The notes beneath the pieces were generated by a model, which saw only the letters and a list, made by a program, of their open reading frames with translations, did not search any database and was not told the origin of the DNA. A stretch of DNA of 35,092 nt from a bacterium (lineage in GTDB: Bacteria > Patescibacteriota > Saccharimonadia > CAILAD01 > JAUYJX01). Below are positions 5,938 through 13,893 of this stretch, piece by piece (position 1 is the first letter of the stretch; the number at the start of each line of letters is the position of its first letter). The stretch is from positions 1-35,092 of the forward strand of contig JAUYJX010000010.1 in NCBI GenBank assembly GCA_030699245.1. Direction: 5' to 3'. The position numbers and the translations under genes were made by a program.

Positions 5938-6887
5938 AACTTTAGAGCATTTGCCACATCAACCTTAACCGATGGACTCATTGTTGAACTTAAGTAAATT
6001 GATTTGATATAAGTGGTCTTAATGGTTGACGGTCTTGCTTGTGAAACTGCTTTGAGTAAAGCTCTGGCGTTAGCCAGTAAATCACTAGCTTTAAAACTCT
6101 TTTTACCGATCAATAAATGTAAAATGCCATATGAATCGTTACGAAATTCTATCCTACCAGACTTGATTTCTTTGACAATTTTTACTGGATCAACCGTAAC
6201 GGTGCCGCTCTTGGGTGAAGGCATCAGCCCTTTTGGTCCCAAAACCTTAGCATAACGACCAAGCTTAACCATTTGCTCGGGAGTAGAAACTAAAACATCA
6301 AAATCAAGTTTGGCTTTAGAAATAGCTGTCAGCAAATCACCTTCATCGCAGATGTCAGCCCCTGCGGCTTTTAAGTCTTTGGTTAACTTCTCGTTAGCTA
6401 ATACTGCTACTTTGACTTTTTTACCAATGCCTTCCGGCATAATTACACTGCCGCGAATGTTCTGATCAGCCTGCTTTGGATTAATGCCAAGATTGATGTG
6501 TATTTCTAAACTAGCATCAAATTTTACATTACTTAGCTTCTTTATCATCCCGATAGCTTCGGACAAATCGTAATATTTTTGTCTATCGATTTCTTTTAGC
6601 GCCTGGCGATAAGATTTGGAATGTGCTTTGAGTAGATTTTTAACGGTAATGACCTTTTTTTTCGACTGTTCAGGTGGCGCTAAAGTTTTGCGCTGCTGCT
6701 TGATTTCTTTTTCTTTGATTTTGGCAATGGCTTTTTTTGATCTTTTACCGGCTTTGGCTAGTGGCGTTTTTTTTGGTTTGGTTTCTGGTTTAACGGTTTT
6801 TTTCTCGGGTTTTTCTAGTTTCTTTTTTTCAATCTTTTTCTCTGATTCCTTTACCTTATTGATTTTGACTTCATCTTTTTTTGCCAT
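5934..6887 (-). CDS. rplA: 50S ribosomal protein L1 with ~86-aa Lys-rich N-terminal extension
   Basis: From ~residue 88 (HSKSYRQALKEIDRQKYYDLSEAIGMIKK...GPKGLMPSPKSGTVT) it is canonical L1. ATG 6887 is preceded by AAGGAG. The tracked ORF begins 30 nt further upstream without an SD. Confidence 0.9.
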   Translation of the reverse strand: MAKKDEVKINKVKESEKKIEKKKLEKPEKKTVKPETKPKKTPLAKAGKRSKKAIAKIKEKEIKQQRKTLAPPEQSKKKVITVKNLLKAHSKSYRQALKEIDRQKYYDLSEAIGMIKKLSNVKFDASLEIHINLGINPKQADQNIRGSVIMPEGIGKKVKVAVLANEKLTKDLKAAGADICDEGDLLTAISKAKLDFDVLVSTPEQMVKLGRYAKVLGPKGLMPSPKSGTVTVDPVKIVKEIKSGRIEFRNDSYGILHLLIGKKSFKASDLLANARALLKAVSQARPSTIKTTYIKSIYLSSTMSPSVKVDVANALKF

Positions 6888-6940
6888 CTTGACTCCTTCG
6901 TGGTACTGGCCCCACAACTAATGTGTCCCACTTTAAACTG

Positions 6941-7369
6941 TTATTCTACTTCTATGCCCATTGACCGGGCTGTACCGGCAATAATTTTCTTAGCAGCTTC
7001 AATATCATTGGCATTCAAATCTTTCATCTTAACCTTGGCTATCTCGGCTAACTGCGCTGGAGTTAATTTACCAACCTTTTCTTTATTTGGCACACCCGAA
7101 CCCTTCTCTATCTTTAGAGCTTTTCTAATAAGACTGGTGGTCGGCTCGGATTTAATGATAAAAGTAAATGATTTATCTTCATAAATAGTGATTATTGTCG
7201 GAGTTGGCACACCTTTTAAATCCTTGGTCTGCTCATTAAAGGTGTTAATAAAATCCATCATATTCACACCGTGTTGACCTAATGTAGAGCCAACCGGGGG
7301 AGCAGGAGTAGCACCGCCTGCAGGGATTACTAATTTTAATTTTGCTATTACTTTTTTGCCTTTACTCAT
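6941..7369 (-). CDS. rplK: 50S ribosomal protein L11
   Basis: [37 protein letters not shown] is the L11 signature region. Position between nusG and rplA. Confidence 0.95.
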   Translation of the reverse strand: MSKGKKVIAKLKLVIPAGGATPAPPVGSTLGQHGVNMMDFINTFNEQTKDLKGVPTPTIITIYEDKSFTFIIKSEPTTSLIRKALKIEKGSGVPNKEKVGKLTPAQLAEIAKVKMKDLNANDIEAAKKIIAGTARSMGIEVE

Positions 7370-7370
7370 T

Positions 7371-7910
7371 TTAAACCTTCTTAACCTGCAGGCTATCCAG
7401 TTCTACTGGGGTTTCGCGTCCAAACATATTAACTAGCACTTTGATTTTACCCTTATTTTCATCAATTTCATTGACATTGCCATCAAAGCCTTTGAACGGA
7501 CCGTCATTGATATGCACTAGTTCGCCGACTTTAAAATCGATTTTGTATTTCGGCTCTTCAACACCCATACGTTTTTGCAGAGATTTAATCTCTGCTTCAC
7601 TAATCGGCGAAGGGGTGACGCCCGAACCGACAAATCCGGTTACATTCGGTGTATTTCGTACAATATACCAGGAGTCTTCGGTAACGATCATCTCAATCAA
7701 TATATAGCCTGGAAAAATTTTGCGCTCCACAATCCGCCTTTTACCATTTTTAATTTCAATTTGTTTTTCTTTCGGCACGATGACATTGAAAATCTTATCT
7801 GACATATCCAGTGATTCGATGCGTTGTTTTAAATTTTCTGCAACCATATCTTCATAACCCGAGTAGGTGTGAATAACGTACCAATCTTTTTGTAATTCTT
7901 TTTTATCCAT
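7371..7910 (-). CDS. nusG: transcription termination/antitermination factor NusG
   Basis: [15 protein letters not shown]-terminal NGN pattern and C-terminal KOW ([22 protein letters not shown]). secE-nusG-rplK synteny. Confidence 0.9.
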   Translation of the reverse strand: MDKKELQKDWYVIHTYSGYEDMVAENLKQRIESLDMSDKIFNVIVPKEKQIEIKNGKRRIVERKIFPGYILIEMIVTEDSWYIVRNTPNVTGFVGSGVTPSPISEAEIKSLQKRMGVEEPKYKIDFKVGELVHINDGPFKGFDGNVNEIDENKGKIKVLVNMFGRETPVELDSLQVKKV

Positions 7911-7912
7911 TT

Positions 7913-8104
7913 TTAGCTTACTTTAAATATTACCTGCTGTAAGATTGTTTGGAAAAGATACCCGAAAGCACTAACAATAGCAGCTAGTATTAGCGAAAAA
8001 ATAATCACCATAATTGTTAACTTAAAAGCTTGCCGGGGCGTTGGCCAAATAACCTTTTTGAGCTCCTCAATCGAGGATTTAATATAATTCACTAATTTAT
8101 TCAT
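7913..8104 (-). CDS. secE: preprotein translocase subunit SecE
   Basis: 63 aa with a single C-terminal TM and the EELKKVIWPTPRQ motif. Immediately upstream of nusG. Confidence 0.8.
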   Translation of the reverse strand: MNKLVNYIKSSIEELKKVIWPTPRQAFKLTIMVIIFSLILAAIVSAFGYLFQTILQQVIFKVS

Positions 8105-8158
8105 CTAGAAAACTATTGAACAATCTAAAAAAGCCTTCTAACCGGCTCTTTATTTAAA

Positions 8159-8187
8159 ATTGTACCTGTTAGATATGAAAAAGTCAA
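8159..8187 (-). promoter_or_regulatory. sigma70-type promoter for secE-nusG-rplK-rplA
   Basis: Minus-strand TTGACT (plus 8182..8187), 17 nt, TACAAT (8159..8164). Abuts the stop of the upstream membrane-protein gene. Confidence 0.5.
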
Positions 8188-9669
8188 TTATTTAAGCCTG
8201 GGAATCAGTTCATCGGTATTAGGTAAAGTTAAATGATTATAGAGATTCTTAATTTCTGTGGTGATTCTCTGCTGGTTTTGATAAAATATCAAGCCATAAG
8301 CCAGCAAAAGTAAAAGAGCTATGGCGGTCATGAAAATCAAATTAGCTCTTGAGGGTTTTGGAGGATTATCAAAAGTTAAGTACTCAGATACTTTCTTTGA
8401 CCTGCTATTTATTACTAACTCATGATAAACACTGGACCAAAATACCAGAGACCAACTGCTTATAAGTGTTAAGAGAATTATTACCAATATTGCACCTATT
8501 GTTGTAGTTATTATACGTGTCGCCAAGTGAAAATGAGTACTTAGGTATAAAACTTCTCCATAGCCTAGGGCTAACACACCGGCAAATACAACTGCACAAA
8601 TAAAAAGCCAAAAAACACCAACCGGTATTAGTTTTAAATAATTTCTAAAAACCAGGCCATAACTTTTTAGTTGAATCCAGCTAATCTTTTTATCTGTTAC
8701 CGATAAAATCGCCCGCTGCATTGGCTTAGCGAAAATAACTGCTAGAACCAAGAACAGATTAATTATCAAAGCCAGATTCAAAATTAATGATTGAAATGCC
8801 ACTATATAAGTATTGGTGCTTTTGAGTACAAGCTTAAAGACAATATAATCAACCGCGATAAGTAAACTAATCCAGAAAATATTTACTACAAAGTTGATCC
8901 AGGTTTTGAAGATAAAATCTATACCGTGGCTTAATAGTGTTTTAGTATTTGCGCTTCTATGATCTATTTCCTTGATATGAATGGCCATAGAAACTTGACC
9001 GGTAATATTATTAACTATACTGCTGATTATTAGCAAAACCAAAAGTAGCCCGCCTATAATGCCCACTGCCGTTAAATCAATGCTACTAAGTACATGTCTA
9101 AAATATAAAATTATTTCATTTGCAGAAAATTTTGAAATTTTAATAATAAAAACTAGGCTTAAAGGTATGCCTATAGCGAAAAGCAGTTTGAAGCTAAGTA
9201 AGACTCTAAGTAATGACAGTCTAATAATTTGGGGATTTATTTTTTTTATAAAAGGACTGATAAAAACCTTTGAAAAACTGCCCTGGGGCAAAGATTTGGC
9301 TTTCGTCTGAGAAACAGGCAAAGACGGATGGGATATATTTTTCTCTTCTTTTAGATGAGGCTTAGCTTGAGAGAGCCGTTTTGCCGACATATCTTCTTTT
9401 GGCTCAGTAACTTCACCTGCCTTATCTTTTTTAGATTCTAACCTCAACTGATGTTTTGGAGGCTTATTTAATTCAAGTGGTTTTTTGGTTTTTCTCTTGA
9501 GCACAATACTGTCAACATTTGCTACCAGCTTTCTTTTTTTCACAAACCCAGCAGAAGACGTGGTAATTTTCGGCACCGTTTCGTTTGGTTTAACCTTTTT
9601 TATAGGTTGTCCATTGTCCAAATTATAAACAGTACCATCAATAATTATTGTACGATCTTTTCTTGGCAA
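8188..9669 (-). CDS. hypothetical polytopic membrane protein with Lys-rich cytoplasmic N-terminus
   Basis: 493-aa ORF. First ~130 aa are K/P/S-rich, followed by about 8-9 hydrophobic segments. TTG start preceded by AAGAGG. No family recognised. Confidence 0.6.
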   Translation of the reverse strand: MPRKDRTIIIDGTVYNLDNGQPIKKVKPNETVPKITTSSAGFVKKRKLVANVDSIVLKRKTKKPLELNKPPKHQLRLESKKDKAGEVTEPKEDMSAKRLSQAKPHLKEEKNISHPSLPVSQTKAKSLPQGSFSKVFISPFIKKINPQIIRLSLLRVLLSFKLLFAIGIPLSLVFIIKISKFSANEIILYFRHVLSSIDLTAVGIIGGLLLVLLIISSIVNNITGQVSMAIHIKEIDHRSANTKTLLSHGIDFIFKTWINFVVNIFWISLLIAVDYIVFKLVLKSTNTYIVAFQSLILNLALIINLFLVLAVIFAKPMQRAILSVTDKKISWIQLKSYGLVFRNYLKLIPVGVFWLFICAVVFAGVLALGYGEVLYLSTHFHLATRIITTTIGAILVIILLTLISSWSLVFWSSVYHELVINSRSKKVSEYLTFDNPPKPSRANLIFMTAIALLLLLAYGLIFYQNQQRITTEIKNLYNHLTLPNTDELIPRLK

Positions 9670-9843
9670 GATTTTAGACCTCTTTAGTTTTAGCTTAGCT
9701 TTTTGGCTTATAATATTATAACTTTTTTAACCTCAAACCAAAACTATTTTATTAAGCTGACATTTAATGACTGTAATTTTATTTGCATCAATGTTAATAT
9801 TTGATAGCTATCTACTATCTTTATTGATAGTCGGATATTTTTA

Positions 9844-11856
9844 ATGAAAAAAACCAGGCTAAGACTACTTGAGGTTATTAAAACCAGCCGTCCCTTCTTG
9901 TGGATAATTACTGGCTTTGCTTTTGCTGCTGGCTATTTATTATCAGCAAAAGGGATAGGTTTAGAATTTTTTATTTCTACCCTGTATTTTTTAATACCCT
10001 ATAATCTTTTGCTGTATGGTATTAATGATATTTTTGACTTAAAGTCAGATATTAAAAACCCTCGCAAAGTTTCTGTAGAAAATAGTCCTGCCGGCAAACA
10101 AAAGTATCGATATCTACTGGACTGGATTATTTTATTAAATCTGCCATTTGTTGTTTATTTACTGATAATCGGGGATATTAAGTCAAAGATTATCTTTGCC
10201 ACACTAATCTTTCTCGTGATTGCTTATAGCTACAAAGGCCTAAGATTTAAAGAAATACCTTTTATTGACTCAATTACCTCTTCACTACATTTTGTAGGAC
10301 CATTTATTCTGGGATTAAGTCTGTCGAATTCGATTAACTTTTATTGGCCAATAATTATTAGTTTTTTCTTTTGGGGCATTGCTAGCCACACCTTCAAGGC
10401 AATCCAGGATATTATCTCCGATAGAGCTTCTGATATTAATTCCATTGCCGTCTCTTTAGGAGCCAAGGGAGCGATGTATCTGAGTTTTTTCCTTTATTGC
10501 CTTTCCTCTTTAATAATTTTAATCGCTTATTGGCCGCTAGGAATTATTCCTGCATTACTAATTGGAGTTTATCCGCTTAATATCAGCTTTTTTTTAAAAT
10601 ACAAAAGTGATGCACAGAGTAATAAATTCATCCGTGGTTGGAAAAATTTTCTGTGGCTTAATTTGAGTACTTTTTTTTGGTTAAGTTTATATATTTTCCT
10701 AATTATTGACCCGCTTGGTTTTGGGACTATCAATGTATTTATGCTTGGAGAAATTTTGATATTTATTTTTATTTTACAGTTTTTGCTAATTATCTATAAC
10801 TTTTGGGGACTCAAAAAACCTAAATTAAATTTTAAATTAGCTGAGTGGCCGAAGATTACCATTTTAATACATGCCTATAATCAAGCCCAGCATATTTCTT
10901 CCACTTTACTGGCAGCATTAGGCCAGCATTATCCGAATTTTGAAATTATTTTCACTGATTTAAACTCTGCTGATAATACATTAAAAATTGTTGAAAATTA
11001 TCAGGACCCTAAACTTAAAATAGTAACAATTGACAAGAAAAAGTCACATTGGTCACAAAACGCTTGGGCTAATCAGCAAATGCTTGAACAGGCTAAATCA
11101 GATATTGTGGTTATACTGTCTGCTGATACGGTAATGATGCCTAATACGCTCACAGCAATTGCCGGCCTGATAACAGATCAAAAATTAGATGTTATATCGC
11201 TTTTACCGGCCGATCAAAATAGCACATTATCGCAACGTTTTATTTTAAGCCAAAACCGATTCTTTCTACTGGGCACTTATCCGGCAGCATATTTGAATAA
11301 TAAGAGACGCGATTTTGCCTTAGCCACAAGAAGCATAATAGCCTTCCATAAGACTAGAACCCAAATTTTCAATAATTTTGAATCGGCTAAAAAAAGTTTA
11401 TTAGAAAATTTGGACTTTATGGTCAATGCAAAAAAATATCGGTTAAAAACTGCTTTTTATTTAGCTAGTGATTTGGCTACAAATCATGATAATGCATCAT
11501 TAAAATCAATATTTTTACAAAATTATCAAAACTACTATCCTATTCTAAAATTTAATATGCCGCTAACTGTTAATATAGTAATTGGCGGTTTTTTAGTTTT
11601 CTCTTTACCTTTATTCTTATTAATTGATCAAATTATCCGTTTCGATATAACGAATATAATTATCCTTTCAACGGTTTTGTTAATTGGACTTATAAATCGA
11701 ATATTAATCGCTATTCAGGGAAAACAGAGTTTGCTGTCAACTCTGTTTTATCCCATTACCATACCATTAACCTTGATTCTGATATTTATTTCCATGCTTA
11801 ATTATGAACTGTTAAAACCGCGCTGGCATGAAAGAACAGAAGTTCATACAATCTAA
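9844..11856 (+). CDS. fusion protein: UbiA-family prenyltransferase (N-terminal) + family-2 glycosyltransferase (central) + C-terminal TM segments
   Basis: N-terminal multi-TM region has both Asp-rich UbiA motifs (NDIFDLKSDIKNPRK; QDIISDRASDINSIAVSLG). Residues ~335-460 look GT2-like (KITILIHAYNQAQHISSTLLAALGQHYPNFEIIFTDLNSADNT...VVILSADTVMMPNT). More TM helices follow at the C-terminus. Confidence 0.65.
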   Translation: MKKTRLRLLEVIKTSRPFLWIITGFAFAAGYLLSAKGIGLEFFISTLYFLIPYNLLLYGINDIFDLKSDIKNPRKVSVENSPAGKQKYRYLLDWIILLNLPFVVYLLIIGDIKSKIIFATLIFLVIAYSYKGLRFKEIPFIDSITSSLHFVGPFILGLSLSNSINFYWPIIISFFFWGIASHTFKAIQDIISDRASDINSIAVSLGAKGAMYLSFFLYCLSSLIILIAYWPLGIIPALLIGVYPLNISFFLKYKSDAQSNKFIRGWKNFLWLNLSTFFWLSLYIFLIIDPLGFGTINVFMLGEILIFIFILQFLLIIYNFWGLKKPKLNFKLAEWPKITILIHAYNQAQHISSTLLAALGQHYPNFEIIFTDLNSADNTLKIVENYQDPKLKIVTIDKKKSHWSQNAWANQQMLEQAKSDIVVILSADTVMMPNTLTAIAGLITDQKLDVISLLPADQNSTLSQRFILSQNRFFLLGTYPAAYLNNKRRDFALATRSIIAFHKTRTQIFNNFESAKKSLLENLDFMVNAKKYRLKTAFYLASDLATNHDNASLKSIFLQNYQNYYPILKFNMPLTVNIVIGGFLVFSLPLFLLIDQIIRFDITNIIILSTVLLIGLINRILIAIQGKQSLLSTLFYPITIPLTLILIFISMLNYELLKPRWHERTEVHTI

Positions 11857-12986
11857 GATTTAAAAGTCTGTTTCTTATCAATATTTATTGGTATTTCAAT
11901 ATAAAAAGTGCTGCCTTTTCTAAATTTACTTTTCATCCAAAGTTGGGCCCCAATTCGCTCGGCTTGTTTTTTGCAAATATACAGTCCCATACCAGTACCC
12001 TTAACTTTCTGTGCCTCCTCGTCATCAGAGCGGAAAGCTTTTTCAAAAAGCTGTTTTTGGTCCTCATTACTTATACCAATCCCCTGATCACTGATACTAA
12101 ACTCTACTCCCTTTTTGATTTTTGGCGAAGGTTTGGCTTTTAGTGTTACAATTTTTCCCTTGCCGCTATATTTTATGGCGTTTGTTAGAAAATTAACAAT
12201 TATTTCCTTTAGTCTCTGTCTGCTGGTCTTAAGTTCAGGCAAATTATCATTAACTTCAGTTTCAATTTTAATATCACTATGTGCGGTTTTAACTGCAAAA
12301 TCTTTTTGTAATTCACCAACTAGTTCTTTTGGTTTAACAATGCTAATCTCAATGTCCAGTAAACTTTTTTGGGCTTGCGATAAGCTAGTTAAATCTTGTA
12401 GTAAATTAGACAAATAAATTAAGTTTTGCCGGGCATTGGCCAGTAACTTTTGAGCTTTTTCGGGTATCTCGGCAAAGCCTGGCATCATGGCAGTCGAAAG
12501 ATCTCCCTCTACTACTGCGATTGGTACACGCAACTCATGAGAGATAATTGAAATAAATTCGTCTTTTTGAACTTCGAGTGTTTTTTGTTTGCTGATATTG
12601 CGAACTAACGCTAATGCACCGACCTTTATCGTTCCGTCGGTAATAGGGGTAATATTTACATACAGATCAATTCTCTCTTTATCTTTATCTAAAATCAGAT
12701 CATCACGAATTACTACTCTAGAATTTTTAAGCACTTCTTTTACGGGATACTGCTTTTGTCCATCTTTATCTACTAGTGGCAAAATTTTGTCAAATGACTG
12801 ATCGAATATACCTTCATGAACATCAAGTAAGTCCAGTGTCGCAGCATTATAAAAAGTTATCTTACCGCGACGATTGATTACTATGACCGCTTCTCCAAGA
12901 CTATTGATTAGTGTAGAAAATTTAGCCTGTTCTTTCTTTAGTTTTTCTTCGGTATCTAAAATTTTTTTAAGATGTTCATCCTGCAT
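11853..12986 (-). CDS. soluble sensor histidine kinase (PAS + HisKA + HATPase_c)
   Basis: H-box ISIISHELRVPIAVVEG, N-box NFLTNAIKYS, G1 SISDQGIGI, G2 GTGMGLYICK. PAS-like N-terminus (LGEAVIVINRRGKITFYNAA). No TM segments and no response regulator in the window. Confidence 0.85.
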   Translation of the reverse strand: MQDEHLKKILDTEEKLKKEQAKFSTLINSLGEAVIVINRRGKITFYNAATLDLLDVHEGIFDQSFDKILPLVDKDGQKQYPVKEVLKNSRVVIRDDLILDKDKERIDLYVNITPITDGTIKVGALALVRNISKQKTLEVQKDEFISIISHELRVPIAVVEGDLSTAMMPGFAEIPEKAQKLLANARQNLIYLSNLLQDLTSLSQAQKSLLDIEISIVKPKELVGELQKDFAVKTAHSDIKIETEVNDNLPELKTSRQRLKEIIVNFLTNAIKYSGKGKIVTLKAKPSPKIKKGVEFSISDQGIGISNEDQKQLFEKAFRSDDEEAQKVKGTGMGLYICKKQAERIGAQLWMKSKFRKGSTFYIEIPINIDKKQTFKS

Positions 12987-13004
12987 AATTCTTATCTTAA
13001 CACT

Positions 13005-13883
13005 TTAATCTTTATTTTTCGATTTCGCTAAAAACAAGCCAGCAATAAATAAACCGGCAGCAATTATTAGCATTAAAATTGAGTAATTCTTAATTTCGTC
13101 AAAAAATAATTTTGATAAATTAATCATTAGAGCCGAGGAGATTTGATCTTTATTTTTTATGGATAATGTCATCGGCATATCGTAATTTTTTATAAAAATC
13201 TGGAAAATAAAATAAGCAATTAAGCCCAGTATTCCAGTCAGGATAAAAGAGGCAGCAGCCAGATTAAACTTCTTTTTGCCTCGTCTTATATTGAAAAAGA
13301 AAAGTAGAAAAACCGTTCCTACTGAAAATAATATTAATGGAGAAACTGCCCTATTAGTTAGTTGATAATAAGCTTTTAGCTGATTAAACTTTTGAATTTC
13401 CTCCGAATTTTTTTGCCCTCCATCTAAAGCTAATATATTAATGGAGTCGGGGAAAGATTTGGTAATTTCAAACTTAACTTTTGCTGCTTTATCTTCCCCT
13501 AAGGTCTTATCAGCTTTTTCGACCATATTAATTCGAACTATTTCAGTGTCTGCCTTTAAGCTGAAATCATTACCAATAGGATTTTTAAGCCAGTTAGTCA
13601 TCTGTGCAATTATTGGTTCGACAGTTTTTCTGATAGATAAAGGACTAATCGCGCTAATAATTTTGTCCAAATCGTCTTTTGATAAGTAACTGATGTTTTT
13701 AGTTAAATCATTAGATAAATTATTTTTTACTTCTTGGCTGACTAAGCTGTATATCCCGGATTTATCTAGAGCATCACTAAAGTTTTTTTCAGAATCAAAT
13801 AACCTTGTAAAACTAAAACAAATGCCTAAAGTGATTAACGTTAAGGTTAAGGTAAAAAATAAAAATTTGTTTATAAAATTCAT
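13005..13883 (-). CDS. hypothetical membrane protein
   Basis: N-terminal TM, ~160-aa extracytoplasmic-looking domain, then 3-4 C-terminal TM segments. Packed between the P-type ATPase and the kinase. Confidence 0.6.
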   Translation of the reverse strand: MNFINKFLFFTLTLTLITLGICFSFTRLFDSEKNFSDALDKSGIYSLVSQEVKNNLSNDLTKNISYLSKDDLDKIISAISPLSIRKTVEPIIAQMTNWLKNPIGNDFSLKADTEIVRINMVEKADKTLGEDKAAKVKFEITKSFPDSINILALDGGQKNSEEIQKFNQLKAYYQLTNRAVSPLILFSVGTVFLLFFFNIRRGKKKFNLAAASFILTGILGLIAYFIFQIFIKNYDMPMTLSIKNKDQISSALMINLSKLFFDEIKNYSILMLIIAAGLFIAGLFLAKSKNKD

Positions 13884-13893
13884 CTAAAGCTAA

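Noticed and set aside
8105-8187. A hidden rpmG (L33) or tRNA between the 493-aa gene and secE
   Set aside because: The 83-nt spacer holds only a promoter-like TTGACT-17-TACAAT and a weak hairpin with a T-run. It contains no ORF of L33 type and no cloverleaf.
6013-9310. Antisense tracked ORFs within rplA, rplK, nusG and the 493-aa gene (6013..6255, 6616..6921, 6900..7184, 7441..7707, 7575..7802, 9059..9310)
   Set aside because: They are opposite-strand shadows of confidently identified genes, with F/L/S-rich low-complexity translations typical of reading Lys-rich coding DNA backwards.
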